Assembly (NCBI GenBank): GCA_965233865.1
Contig: OZ247587.1
Span: forward strand, 480,001 to 544,000
Direction of reading: 5' to 3'
DNA length: 64,000 nt
From: Candidatus Neptunichlamydia sp.
GTDB taxonomy: Bacteria > Chlamydiota > Chlamydiia > Chlamydiales > Simkaniaceae
Below, in pieces: positions 20,487 through 30,527 of the stretch. The position numbers and the translations under genes are program-made. Position 1 is the first letter of the stretch, and each line of letters opens with the position of its first letter. The notes under the pieces were generated by a model, which was given only the letters and a program-made list of their open reading frames with translations, searched no databases and was not told where the DNA came from.

Positions 20487-21695
20487 TTATTGTACTAGTT
20501 CTTCGGCACTCTGGAGCTGTTCATTATAGAGCCTCAGATTGTCGTAAAGAGCCTGAGATCGACGCATAAGTTCTGCGAAGTCTCTTTGGAACGCGTTGGT
20601 ATCAAAGATTTGCTGACTATCAGGACTATTCTCAGCCCGTTCGACAAGCATGGAGAGCCGAGACATTGAGGTATTGATGAGGTCAACTTCTTTATTGAAG
20701 TAGTTGCGGAAACTTTGTGGAGTATTGAGAGCATTGAGGATAGTTGCCTGTTTGAGGCGCGTTCTTTGCCACTCTTTATTGAGGTTGAAGAAGAATCCGT
20801 AATGGTTAACATCGTTCATGGTGGTGTCAAGTTTGCTGAGGATGGCGGTGGCGCGGAGGTAGGTATCTTCATCCATAAAGAGTTTACCGAGGGTTCCCTT
20901 TCCGCTGGCAATAGAATTCATCACGTGGTCAAAGGAGTAGCTAGCTTTCTTAGTATTGCGAAGCGTAACGGCAAGGTTTCTGAAGGCATCTTCGCTATTA
21001 AGATCATCCATAGCCGAGTGGATATCGCGCATAGCGACAGCAAAGTTTTGAACACCGAGTTTGACTTCATCGATCAAGTGGGTTTGGTTGACGCGGGTAA
21101 GGGTGGTTGTAGCTTCGGTCATTGCATCGTCAAAGGCTCGGATAGCGCTGCCAAGTTCATGCCCATTTTGGTCAATCCAGGCAATCACTTTATCGAGAGT
21201 TTCCTCGACTTTATCAGAGAGTTGCGATAACTCATTAAATGCACTTTCAAGAGGGTCTACTGATTCGGCATAGATGGGGGTCTTTGAGGTCATAAGCGTG
21301 GGTTTGACTCCTTTTGGGGGAGTGCGAGGAATGATAGCAATCGATTTTTCCCCAAGCAGGCCAGAGGTTTGAACGGTGATTTCATCTGTATTGTAAACAT
21401 GGACGCTCGAATCGAGATGAAGGATAAGTTGGTAAAAGTAAATTTGGCCGAGTTCATCAGTAGGCTGCTCGCGGGCATGAGGAATCTGTTGGATTGCAAC
21501 TACTTCTCCCACAGGTTTTCCGGCAAACATTACACGGGTTCCAAGAGATAGGCCATTGACATTGGAGAACCGAACAATGAGGGTTTCTTTCCCATCACCG
21601 ACACTGGGTTCAAGAAAGAGAATGATGCCCACAACAAGTGCGCAGGCCACCACCACAAAAAGCCCAATGAACATGTTCTTCATATAATCAATCAT
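20487..21695 (-). CDS. mlaD: MlaD/MCE family protein with long helical extension
   Basis: N-terminal TM; F.NVNGL.LGTRV.FAG.PVGEV and SGLLGEK MCE motifs. Confidence 0.88.
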   Translation of the reverse strand: MIDYMKNMFIGLFVVVACALVVGIILFLEPSVGDGKETLIVRFSNVNGLSLGTRVMFAGKPVGEVVAIQQIPHAREQPTDELGQIYFYQLILHLDSSVHVYNTDEITVQTSGLLGEKSIAIIPRTPPKGVKPTLMTSKTPIYAESVDPLESAFNELSQLSDKVEETLDKVIAWIDQNGHELGSAIRAFDDAMTEATTTLTRVNQTHLIDEVKLGVQNFAVAMRDIHSAMDDLNSEDAFRNLAVTLRNTKKASYSFDHVMNSIASGKGTLGKLFMDEDTYLRATAILSKLDTTMNDVNHYGFFFNLNKEWQRTRLKQATILNALNTPQSFRNYFNKEVDLINTSMSRLSMLVERAENSPDSQQIFDTNAFQRDFAELMRRSQALYDNLRLYNEQLQSAEELVQ

Positions 21696-21696
21696 C

Positions 21697-22476
21697 TCAT
21701 TTCCTCCTAAATGTCCTCGGATCCTCTGATATGGTTTTCCGTAAAAATTCTATAATCGGGTCGTTGATTTTTAAAAATGTGTCAGGTTCATCGATATACG
21801 CGATTCTTCCATCCTTGTGAAGAGCTAAGCGGTCTCCAACGACAAGAGAAGAGATAATATCGTGAGTGACCACAATGCTTGTTGCTTTTAATTCTTCTTG
21901 AGTTTTAAGGATGAGTTCATTGATCTGCATCGCCGTAATAGGATCGAGTCCCGTAGTTGGTTCATCATACAATAAATACTTTGGGCGGTAAACAACTAAC
22001 CGGGCTAGACCGGCGCGCTTCTTCATACCACCCGAGAGATCCGAAGGCATTTTTTTTTGAGTTCCTTCTAGATCAACCATACGGAGGGCTTCATCTACGC
22101 GATCGTTAATTTCACTCTTCGAGTATTTTTTTCCTGTTTCGATATCTCCATGTTGGCGCAAGAAAAAAGCGGTATTGTCTTCGATATTCATTGAATCAAA
22201 AAGAGCTGCCCCTTGGAAGAGCATTCCCATTTCGAGATTTGCTTTATACCGCTTTTCTCCGCGCAAATCAGAGATTCGGACTCCATCCACCTCGATGTAT
22301 CCCTTATCGGCGTGAGAAATTCCAATGATATGCTTTAGCAGGACACTTTTCCCTACCCCTGAGCGTCCTAAAATAACAAGGGTTTCCCCTTTTTTGACAG
22401 TTAGGGTAAGCCCTTTCAATACTTCGTTTCCTTCAAAGGCTTTCCACAGATCATGAATGTCTATCATGCGAACCAC
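21697..22476 (-). CDS. mlaF: Mla ABC transporter ATPase
   Basis: GRSGVGKS, FQGAALFDS, LSGGMKKR, YDEPTTGLDP. Confidence 0.92.
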   Translation of the reverse strand: MVRMIDIHDLWKAFEGNEVLKGLTLTVKKGETLVILGRSGVGKSVLLKHIIGISHADKGYIEVDGVRISDLRGEKRYKANLEMGMLFQGAALFDSMNIEDNTAFFLRQHGDIETGKKYSKSEINDRVDEALRMVDLEGTQKKMPSDLSGGMKKRAGLARLVVYRPKYLLYDEPTTGLDPITAMQINELILKTQEELKATSIVVTHDIISSLVVGDRLALHKDGRIAYIDEPDTFLKINDPIIEFLRKTISEDPRTFRRK

Positions 22477-23249
22477 CCTGTCGCGTTTTGAAGCATATTA
22501 AGGCCAAGGGTAATGAGAAAGTTAGTAAAGAGAATAAAGGTATAGCAAACAACCACGCTATTTGTAGTAGAGCGTCCTACTCCTTCAGCGCCTCCTGAGG
22601 TTTTCAACCCTTTGTAGCAAGAAATTGTTACAATTAAAACCCCGAATACAAAAGCCTTTACGATACCGATTAAGAGGTCAAAGTTGGTGATATAGATCGG
22701 CATGGGGTCAAAATACGTTGTCGGAGGGAGCTTAAAGTAAAAGACCGAAATCAAATACCCACCAAAAATTCCCATAAAGATGCTGAAGACGGTCAAAAGT
22801 GGCATCATTACCATTCCAGAGATAAAGCGGGGAGAGATAAGGTAGCGATTGGGATCAACAGCCATGGTTTCGAGGGCATCCACTTGCTCTGTAACACGCA
22901 TGGTTCCTAGCTCGGCGCACATTGCAGCTCCAACGCGTCCTGTTACCATAAAAGCAGTAAGGACCGGTCCGAGCTCGGTAATCATTGCTTTTCCGACCAT
23001 AAGCCCTGTTGCACCAGCAAGGCCTTTGTCGCTGAGCTGAAAAAAGGATTGGGCAGCCAAAACAAGCCCAGTTGAAAACCCCGTCATCGCAACAACAGGA
23101 AGAGAGAGGACCCCGATGTTATAGAGTTGTTCGCGAATAAGGGCCCAACTTGGGGGGCTCTTGAAAGTGGCCACTGTGACATTCCAGATGAGGAATACAA
23201 ACTCACCCGTTGCTTCTAAAAAATTAAGTTTACTTAGTAAAAAGCGCAT
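22464..23249 (-). CDS. mlaE: Mla ABC transporter permease
   Basis: ELGPVLTA..GRVGAAM.AELGTMRVTEQVDAL and GGAEGVGRSTT. Confidence 0.93.
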   Translation of the reverse strand: MRFLLSKLNFLEATGEFVFLIWNVTVATFKSPPSWALIREQLYNIGVLSLPVVAMTGFSTGLVLAAQSFFQLSDKGLAGATGLMVGKAMITELGPVLTAFMVTGRVGAAMCAELGTMRVTEQVDALETMAVDPNRYLISPRFISGMVMMPLLTVFSIFMGIFGGYLISVFYFKLPPTTYFDPMPIYITNFDLLIGIVKAFVFGVLIVTISCYKGLKTSGGAEGVGRSTTNSVVVCYTFILFTNFLITLGLNMLQNATGWFA

Positions 23250-23376
23250 GTGTACATCATACTATTATCATGAACCTCAATGCAAGTTTGAATTTTATAT
23301 TTATGGTTAAATGAGCTGAGAATTGAATTGCGCGTCTAGCAAGACGGGGGATGTATACAAGAAAGGTGGTCTTGTC

Positions 23377-23404
23377 AAAGAAAAGCCACAATTACTTGTG
23401 GCTT
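23377..23404 (-). terminator. Rho-independent terminator of the translocon operon
   Basis: Stem AAGCCACAA/TTGTGGCTT with a 4-nt loop, followed by a U-rich tract on the minus strand. Confidence 0.75.
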
Positions 23405-23421
23405 AGAAGTTGTGTATCAAA

Positions 23422-24258
23422 TTATCCCGCTTTACCCATTAGGATCTCACCTTGAGCTCTAATGAGCTGTTTTGCTGTATCGGACGCGTTATCAACAGCT
23501 TGCTTATCGGAAGTCTGTTGTTGAGAGGTATTCTGGTATTCAGATGTGTGGGTCTGAACTTCGTGTTGAAACAGAGAATCTTTAGTTCCAAGATTATACT
23601 GTTCCGCTTGAGTCATTGCTGATGCAAAATCAGACGCTCCTTTACTAAGCGAGCCAGAAAGCGGCTGAAGAGAATCTTTAATTGCATTCTCAGCCCACTC
23701 TTTACCTTTTTGGAGATTCACTTCCTTTCCATCGGATAATCCCTGTAGATTTGCACCAAAAGTATTCAGCATTTTAAACCAACCATTCTGATCAAAGTGT
23801 CCTAAAGCTTTGCCTAATGGGGTATGCCATCCATTGCTTACACCAATACTGGCAAAGGTATGGACTTGCCCTGCCATTACAGCCATAAGTTGCCAATTTT
23901 GGTTTCCATTGATATTTTCCTTAGACTGAAGATTATTTGCGGATTGTTTGTCAGAAACAGCTTTCCATTCCTTTTTAATGAGCTTATTTGTTTCTTTGCT
24001 TGAATCAGAAGATTCTCTGAGTGTTTCCATCACAATTTTCATGATTTTAAAAGTTGTGATCATGCTGTTTTTTGCTTTGGGAAGCGAAGCTCCGTGTGTT
24101 TTTTGAGCGTCGGCTTTAGCGACTTCCATTAGGGCATCTTTCACACTGTTAAAGTGCGTCATAGTTGCCGAATCAAGAGCCAATCCTTTGACTTTCTCTT
24201 CATCTCTTTCAATCGACTTAAAGCCGACCGATTGAACGGTGTTTTCTGTATTAGACAT
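23422..24258 (-). CDS. Putative T3SS minor translocator (CopD-like position)
   Basis: Last gene of the SycD cassette; Ser/Ala/Gln-rich, coiled-coil character; assignment rests on context. Confidence 0.5.
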   Translation of the reverse strand: MSNTENTVQSVGFKSIERDEEKVKGLALDSATMTHFNSVKDALMEVAKADAQKTHGASLPKAKNSMITTFKIMKIVMETLRESSDSSKETNKLIKKEWKAVSDKQSANNLQSKENINGNQNWQLMAVMAGQVHTFASIGVSNGWHTPLGKALGHFDQNGWFKMLNTFGANLQGLSDGKEVNLQKGKEWAENAIKDSLQPLSGSLSKGASDFASAMTQAEQYNLGTKDSLFQHEVQTHTSEYQNTSQQQTSDKQAVDNASDTAKQLIRAQGEILMGKAG

Positions 24259-24280
24259 TGTTTATCCTCTCTATGACAAT

Positions 24281-25417
24281 TTAAGCTCTTGACCCTAGTG
24301 CAATGCGAGATTTAACTTCGTTTTCAGTGCGTAGGGCTTTGGTTGCTGCTCCAAGAAGATCGGAGCTTTCTTTAGAGGATGTGAATCCTCCAATAAGTTT
24401 CCGCATTGTAGTTTCATTATCTTCCCGTTGATATTGCAGGTTAATGTTTTTTGCATTCATTTCAAATCGACTAGCATTATTCTGATTGACTTTTCTTTGA
24501 ACTGCGTATTGAGCAATTCCACCAATTGAAGCATTGGCAAACCCAAATGCTTTCAGCGCACTGTCAAAGTCTTTTACACCTTTGGCTATTCCATAACCCG
24601 AGAGTAGATTACCGGCTAAGTCTATGAGTGGCGTAATTTTATGTTCATCAAAATACCTAGAAGAAATATTTCCTACTAAAGAGATGGCGCTACCAGCAAG
24701 CATTTGTATGCCGGGAATGGCCGATACACCACCATTAGTAAAGCTAGTACCAATCATAGCTGAGCCGGCTACGATTCCTGTGGCCGCTCCCAAATAACTG
24801 AGAAATTCTAAGCGGTAGGACCAGGTTTCCATATCTTTGCGGTTGCGGATTTGTTCTATTAAAAGTTCTAATTCTTTTTTATGGATCTCTTCTAAATTGG
24901 AGCTTGTTGCACTAAAGACTTCAAGCTGAAGCGACTGAGTTGTGGCTTGGTAATCAGTAATCATTCCAATGAGTTTTGCAAGGATTGCCCCTCCTTGTTT
25001 AGGAAGGTGAGCAAGCTCATCTTTGTCCCTTTGAGAGGAAACTTGATTATTGACTCGGTAGTTGTATCCAATCAGAGGCTCTGTCTGAGTAGATTTTGCC
25101 GCGACTGTGGGCTTTGGAAGGTCTGGCTTATTCTCTTTCTTCGCGCGCGGGGCGGCGAAAGCAGGTTGATCAAAGTTCACTGCAACTTCTTCTTCTGTCA
25201 AGGGGAGCATGCGCTGAATCTCTGGAAAGAGATCCGTAGATTGATCACCTTTAGAAGGTTTTAGAAGATCTAGAGCATTTTGATTTTCAATAGACCTCTT
25301 TTTGAGAGGGATCTTGTACCCCAAGTCTTGCTCATAAGTAGGCTTATTAATCGCGAAAAGGGGGCTTTCTACGCGTGCTTGATTCATTAGGCTCCTTTTT
25401 GTTCTTCTTGTTTCCAA
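24281..25417 (-). CDS. Putative T3SS major translocator (CopB-like)
   Basis: PDLPKP chaperone-binding-like motif, coiled coil, then a Gly/Ala-rich two-part hydrophobic region; directly follows a SycD gene. Confidence 0.65.
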   Translation of the reverse strand: METRRTKRSLMNQARVESPLFAINKPTYEQDLGYKIPLKKRSIENQNALDLLKPSKGDQSTDLFPEIQRMLPLTEEEVAVNFDQPAFAAPRAKKENKPDLPKPTVAAKSTQTEPLIGYNYRVNNQVSSQRDKDELAHLPKQGGAILAKLIGMITDYQATTQSLQLEVFSATSSNLEEIHKKELELLIEQIRNRKDMETWSYRLEFLSYLGAATGIVAGSAMIGTSFTNGGVSAIPGIQMLAGSAISLVGNISSRYFDEHKITPLIDLAGNLLSGYGIAKGVKDFDSALKAFGFANASIGGIAQYAVQRKVNQNNASRFEMNAKNINLQYQREDNETTMRKLIGGFTSSKESSDLLGAATKALRTENEVKSRIALGSRA

Positions 25418-25863
25418 GATGCATCTAATTCTTCTAACTTTGTCAGAAGGTGGGAATGTTCAGCTTTCAGATAGCTCTTGCAAGTATCCATTGCTTTCCT
25501 CCCTTCGATTTCATTTTCAAGAGCAAAATAACATTCTGCGGCATGCAGGTGGGGAATGGGGTCGTGTTCATTTAAGATCGATGCCATAGCCCAGGCTTTC
25601 AAGGCTTCTTGGTAATTTTTTTGCATCTGCCAGCAGGCACCAAGCCCCATCCAGTTCCTTTGAGAAAGGGATTCATGGCTTGCAAGACGTTGAAAGACGC
25701 GGATTGCCTCTTCATAGTCATCACTCTGATATAGGGTATAGGCGACTGAGTAAAGAACACTCAAGTCTTCGTTTGAATAACTCTTCGTGCGGTCTCCGTG
25801 GAGCAATAGGCCTAGGTTCTCCATGGCCTGTTCCACTTTAGCTTTACCCTGCGGCGTTAACAT
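25387..25863 (-). CDS. SycD/LcrH family type III secretion chaperone (TPR)
   Basis: LYSVAYTLYQ..DYEEA..VFQ.L, WMGLGAC.QM.KNY..A, DP.PHLHAAEC. Confidence 0.88.
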   Translation of the reverse strand: MLTPQGKAKVEQAMENLGLLLHGDRTKSYSNEDLSVLYSVAYTLYQSDDYEEAIRVFQRLASHESLSQRNWMGLGACWQMQKNYQEALKAWAMASILNEHDPIPHLHAAECYFALENEIEGRKAMDTCKSYLKAEHSHLLTKLEELDASWKQEEQKGA

Positions 25864-26372
25864 TACATTCCTCTAGAGGCTTGTGCAAGTCTTCCTAAGT
25901 GTTGCGTGTGGGATTTTTGGCTTTCATTCAAACAGTTGAAGATCGCAAGAGACATATTCACTTTCAAGAAGAGCATCTGAGTAGAGTCTTGAGTTTTTGT
26001 TTTGTGATTCGTTTCTAAATTATCTACATGGGATAGAATTTCAGTAAGCTGCTCTTTAGTAACTGCTTCGAGCTTTTCTAAATCGAGATCCTTAATAGTG
26101 AAGGTTTTTCCTTCGCCATAGGTTTTTTCAAATAAATTTTTGAAATCTAGAATAGCATCGACAATACGTCTTCCGTCAGCCATATCTCCAGTGAGATCAA
26201 AAGGGCCATCTTTAGTTTTTTCTTTCGATAGATGTGTTTTTAGGGGGAGAAGAATTTCAATGAGTTCTTGATTGAGTCTCTCAACGTGTTTACCGATTTG
26301 GGTATACTCTTCAGTCTCGAGATCACTTTTTCGCATTCCTAAATTAGCAACTTCTGCAGCTAAGCATGGCAT
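25863..26372 (-). CDS. Hypothetical protein, first gene of the translocon cassette
   Basis: 169-aa helical ORF; its stop overlaps the sycD start (TAATG). Confidence 0.7.
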   Translation of the reverse strand: MPCLAAEVANLGMRKSDLETEEYTQIGKHVERLNQELIEILLPLKTHLSKEKTKDGPFDLTGDMADGRRIVDAILDFKNLFEKTYGEGKTFTIKDLDLEKLEAVTKEQLTEILSHVDNLETNHKTKTQDSTQMLFLKVNMSLAIFNCLNESQKSHTQHLGRLAQASRGM

Positions 26373-26712
26373 AACTTGTACCTCTCAAATTATTTAAACA
26401 TCTTTTCAGGATTTTTTATTGGGCGAGTTTTATCAGTTAATTTTATTATGCTCGATCCCTGCCTGCAGTTAAGATTATAACCAAAATTCTATTTACTCGC
26501 TATGTAAATGAAGAACCTAACGGATTAAAAAAAAACATTCACCTCTAGATCTTAGTAACTCATTTATATTTAATAGCTTGAGGAATTTAGTGTGAAAAAT
26601 GTTTTTTTTGAAAAAAATTATCGAGATTAACGCATCATAATAAATTTTATACTTAATAATTCATATTAAGATTAAAATCTATCGAGAATCAGAAGATGGA
26701 TTAAAATAATTA

Positions 26713-26862
26713 TTAGTTACAGTAACACTTTGCACAGTTGTTTGGACAAGGGCATTCCGAGTGCGTGCATCCACATTCTGAGTCAGTACTGGTTGTCGGG
26801 GCTTCTGCTTGAGAGCAAGCAGCAAAAAGAAAGATTAAAGGAATAAAGAAGAGCTTTTTCAT
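26713..26862 (-). CDS. 49-aa cysteine-rich lipoprotein (metallothionein-like C-terminus)
   Basis: MKKLFFIPLIFLFAAC lipobox, then CGCTHSECPCPNNCAKCYCN. Confidence 0.75.
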   Translation of the reverse strand: MKKLFFIPLIFLFAACSQAEAPTTSTDSECGCTHSECPCPNNCAKCYCN

Positions 26863-27045
26863 AAAACATCTCGGGTTAAGCTTTTTCCTTGATATACGAT
26901 AAAGTAGAAAAAATTGCAAAAACTTCTTCAATAAGAGATGGATTCTAGAAAATTTTATTCCTAGAAAGAAAATTTTAGCTTATGCAAAATGACAGGAGCG
27001 AATAGATGGCGCTTTGGAGTACTAAATTTAATATGGGATAGGCTC

Positions 27046-28347
27046 ATGGATGCGAAACTAAAGTTAAAGGGAAAGGAAATCTTCGAAAAGTCATTGGAAG
27101 TTATTCCAGGAGGTGTCAATTCACCGGTTCGGGCGTTCACTGAACTTGGGATGGATCCTTTAATTGTAGAGAACGGAGCAGGGGACACGATTACTGATGT
27201 TGACAATCGGACTTTTATCGACTATTGCATGAGTTGGGGGGCTCTTCTTCATGGGCATGCCCACCCTGAGATCGTAGAGGTCGCTGCAGAGAGGATCAAA
27301 GGAGGAAGTTCATTTGGGGTTGCAACTGAAGTTGAGGAAAAGCTTGCACGCGCAATAACAGTGGGGATAAACTGCGTCGACCAGGTCCGTTTTGTCTCCT
27401 CAGGGACAGAAGCTACTATGTCGGCAGTACGACTTGCTAGGGGATATACTTCGCGTCCTATCGTGATCAAATTTAATGGGAATTATCATGGGCACTCAGA
27501 TGGTTTTTTGGTTAAAGCTGGTTCTGGTGTGTCCCAAATAAGTAATGACTCTAGCTCCGATGGGGTCCTAAGGGAAGTGGTAAAAAACACAATTTCTCTT
27601 CCTTACAATGATATAGATACCTTTAAAAAGGTGATGCGGAATCCATTTTACTCCCAGTTTGTAGCAACTGTTGTTCTTGAACCTATTGCAGCGAATATGG
27701 GGGTAGTCCTCCCATCAACTGAGTTTCTTCAAGCTTTGAGAGAGGAAACAAAGCGGATTGGAGCTCTACTGATATTTGATGAAGTGATTACGGGATTCCG
27801 AGTGGCTTTTGGAGGAGCGCAAGAGCTCTATGGGACTGAGCCTGACATAGTCTGTTTTGGTAAAATTATTGGGGGCGGATTTCCAGCAGCAGCATTTGGT
27901 GGTAGTCGAGAAATTATGAGTCGATTAGCTCCAATGGGGAAAGTCTATCAGGCAGGAACTCTTTCAGGAAATCCTGTGGCGATGGAAGCTGGTCTTAAAG
28001 CCATTGAGATTGCTAGTGCAGAGGGATTTTATGAAGAGATTGAAAGAAAAACAAAGGTGATCACTGAGCCTGTCAAGCGTGCACTAAAGGAAAAAGAGAT
28101 TCCCTCTTGTATACAAGATGTGACAGGAATGTTCACACTGTTCTTGGGACCTAAAGAGGTGACATGCTTTGAAGACCTAAAGGAGCTGGACAAGGAGGGG
28201 TTTAATCGGTATTTTCGTTTTATGTGGGATCGCGGAATTTACATTTCCCCTTCTCCATATGAGGCGTGCTTTATCTCCTCAGTACATACAGAGGCTCACT
28301 TAGAAAAAACGCGCGATGCAATTTTGGAATTTATAGAGACATGTTAA
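27046..28347 (+). CDS. hemL: Glutamate-1-semialdehyde 2,1-aminomutase
   Basis: IPGGVNSPVRAF, SGTEATMSAVRLAR, FDEVITGFR, GKIIGGG, YQAGTLSGNP. Confidence 0.97.
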   Translation: MDAKLKLKGKEIFEKSLEVIPGGVNSPVRAFTELGMDPLIVENGAGDTITDVDNRTFIDYCMSWGALLHGHAHPEIVEVAAERIKGGSSFGVATEVEEKLARAITVGINCVDQVRFVSSGTEATMSAVRLARGYTSRPIVIKFNGNYHGHSDGFLVKAGSGVSQISNDSSSDGVLREVVKNTISLPYNDIDTFKKVMRNPFYSQFVATVVLEPIAANMGVVLPSTEFLQALREETKRIGALLIFDEVITGFRVAFGGAQELYGTEPDIVCFGKIIGGGFPAAAFGGSREIMSRLAPMGKVYQAGTLSGNPVAMEAGLKAIEIASAEGFYEEIERKTKVITEPVKRALKEKEIPSCIQDVTGMFTLFLGPKEVTCFEDLKELDKEGFNRYFRFMWDRGIYISPSPYEACFISSVHTEAHLEKTRDAILEFIETC

Positions 28348-30527
28348 AAAAAATCATTATTTTTCTTCTTTTTTTTGTTGCTCTTGCTTTTGGGAAAGAC
28401 AACTATCTTTATATGCGAGGGTATCTAGGAGCTGAATTGATTGATGCGGCTTCCGAAAGCTTTGAGGAAGGAAGGGCTGCGAATCGGATTATTATTCAGC
28501 TGGATTCTTCTTCGGGAGAGCTTCGGGAGGTGTTCCCCCTTGCAAAAAAAATCTATGATCTCAAGCTTAAGGAAGATAAATATATTGTTGTATACATTCA
28601 GGGGAAAGCTGTAGGACCCGCAGCCATCTTCCCTTTTATTGCTGATAAAGTCATTACAACCCCGCTTGTTGCTTGGGGAGACATCCCCTATAGCACGAGA
28701 AATGAGATGACCTCTAAACAGATCTCATTCGCGCTAAAACCTTTAATAAATCAGGATCGAGGGATATCGTCTACGCTTGAAACGCTCGTTGATGCAATGG
28801 TAGACCCTCACTATCAGCTTGTTTATAAAGGGGGCACAGGAAAAATTGAAAAGGATAAAGCTCCTCATTTTGATCCACTGATTCTTAATTTAAAAGGAAT
28901 GCAATCTTTGGGGCTTGTAAGTCAAGTTTTAACAGACGATACTTTTTCAAGTAAGTATCTCTCTGAAAAGCACCAAGGAACTTATAAGGCAGCCCAAGAA
29001 TCAAAAGAGGAACTCAATCATGAGTTCCGCAAATATATTAAATATACTGAAACGGGGGGGAACTACGTAGGCTATATTCATATTGGCAATGAGCGCCCCA
29101 TTGATCAATCAACCTATATCTACATGAAATTTGCTTTGAAAGATTTTGTTGAACAAGGGGTAAGCTTTGTTGTTCTAAATCTCAATACACCTGGAGGTGA
29201 AATCTTGTCAGCACTTAAGATTGTAGACCTTCTTCAAAAGCTCGATGTTCAACATAAGATTCCTGTAGTAGCTTTCGTTAATAATTGGGCTGTCTCTGCC
29301 GGGGCAATGCTTGCCTACGCATGCCGCTTTATTGCAGTGGAATCAAACTCTATCATGGGAGCAGCAGAACCCGTTATTTTAGGGCAAAAGGGGGAGATGG
29401 TTACAGCTTCTGAAAAAGTAAACTCTGCTCTTCGTGCTCAGTTTGGTACTTTAGCAAGCTTTTATGGCAGAAATTCTTTGATTGCTGAGGCCATGGTCGA
29501 CAAAGACCTTGTTTTAGTTCTTCGCGATCATAAAATTATTCGCTTAAACAATATCGATGAAGTTAGGAGTGCAGGAGCTCATCCTGATATGCTGATTTCT
29601 GGAAAGGGAAAGCTATTGACATTGAGTGGGCAGCTGCTGCTTGATCTAGGAGTTGCAGACTTCATGGTTCCTACTGCCCCCTCTGGGGTGATTACTGATA
29701 AAGAATGGAAACAAGGGGTTTGGCCAGCGAGTAAAAATTTAGTTTTTCAAGAGCCATTTTTCGCTCAAATTCCGCATGCTGTGATGGTCGACTATCATGA
29801 TTGGCGTGTCGGTTTCTTTACCGTCCTAACCCACCCTGTGATTGCCTCACTTCTGTTTATTGGTCTCGTAATAGGGCTTTATATTGAGATTAACACGCCA
29901 GGATTTGGGGTACCTGGTTCCATTGCTCTAGGCTGCCTTACCCTAATTTTGCTTTCAAGTTTTGCGAGCCATGCGATCAATTGGATTGAAATTATCATCC
30001 TCACCGTTGGTCTCATCTTTCTCGCCCTTGAGCTTTTTGTGATTCCTGGATTTGGGATAACAGGAATCTTAGGGATTATTTTGACGATTATTGGTCTTTT
30101 TGCTTTAATGCTCCCAGGGATTGACAAGCTTAACTTTCTTGAACCTGAAACCTTTCGTCTCGTTGGCGAGACATTTGTTGAACGTTTATCCTGGCTTTTC
30201 GGGGGGCTCGTTTTTGCCATTATTGCGATTGTTTTGATGGCCCGCTTCTTTTCCGACCGTTATTTTCGTTTTTCGAAGCTGATTTTAAAAGGAGAGCAGG
30301 AAGGATATGTATCGGGAATGCCAAAAGAAATGATGCCTGAAGTCGGGGCGCTAGGGGAAACCGTTACCCCCTTGCGCCCTTCTGGAAAGGTCCATATTGG
30401 AGAAAATATGTTTGATGCAATGTCTCAAGGGGATTTTGTTGAAAAAAACACTCCAGTTGAAGTGCTGAAAACCGAAGGAAGTAAAGTGATTGTTAAAGCA
30501 ATTAAAGAGCACAAGGATTCTTTATGA
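28341..30527 (+). CDS. nfeD: Long NfeD-family membrane serine protease (ClpP-like, TM and OB domains)
   Basis: Signal peptide; LNTPGG, AVSAGA, MGAAEPV, EK; PGFG TM region; TPLRPSGK OB domain. Confidence 0.88.
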   Translation: MLKKIIIFLLFFVALAFGKDNYLYMRGYLGAELIDAASESFEEGRAANRIIIQLDSSSGELREVFPLAKKIYDLKLKEDKYIVVYIQGKAVGPAAIFPFIADKVITTPLVAWGDIPYSTRNEMTSKQISFALKPLINQDRGISSTLETLVDAMVDPHYQLVYKGGTGKIEKDKAPHFDPLILNLKGMQSLGLVSQVLTDDTFSSKYLSEKHQGTYKAAQESKEELNHEFRKYIKYTETGGNYVGYIHIGNERPIDQSTYIYMKFALKDFVEQGVSFVVLNLNTPGGEILSALKIVDLLQKLDVQHKIPVVAFVNNWAVSAGAMLAYACRFIAVESNSIMGAAEPVILGQKGEMVTASEKVNSALRAQFGTLASFYGRNSLIAEAMVDKDLVLVLRDHKIIRLNNIDEVRSAGAHPDMLISGKGKLLTLSGQLLLDLGVADFMVPTAPSGVITDKEWKQGVWPASKNLVFQEPFFAQIPHAVMVDYHDWRVGFFTVLTHPVIASLLFIGLVIGLYIEINTPGFGVPGSIALGCLTLILLSSFASHAINWIEIIILTVGLIFLALELFVIPGFGITGILGIILTIIGLFALMLPGIDKLNFLEPETFRLVGETFVERLSWLFGGLVFAIIAIVLMARFFSDRYFRFSKLILKGEQEGYVSGMPKEMMPEVGALGETVTPLRPSGKVHIGENMFDAMSQGDFVEKNTPVEVLKTEGSKVIVKAIKEHKDSL

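Noticed and set aside
20715..21230. 171-aa antisense ORF and similar shadow ORFs throughout
   Set aside because: They lie opposite or within well-supported genes and have no recognisable motifs
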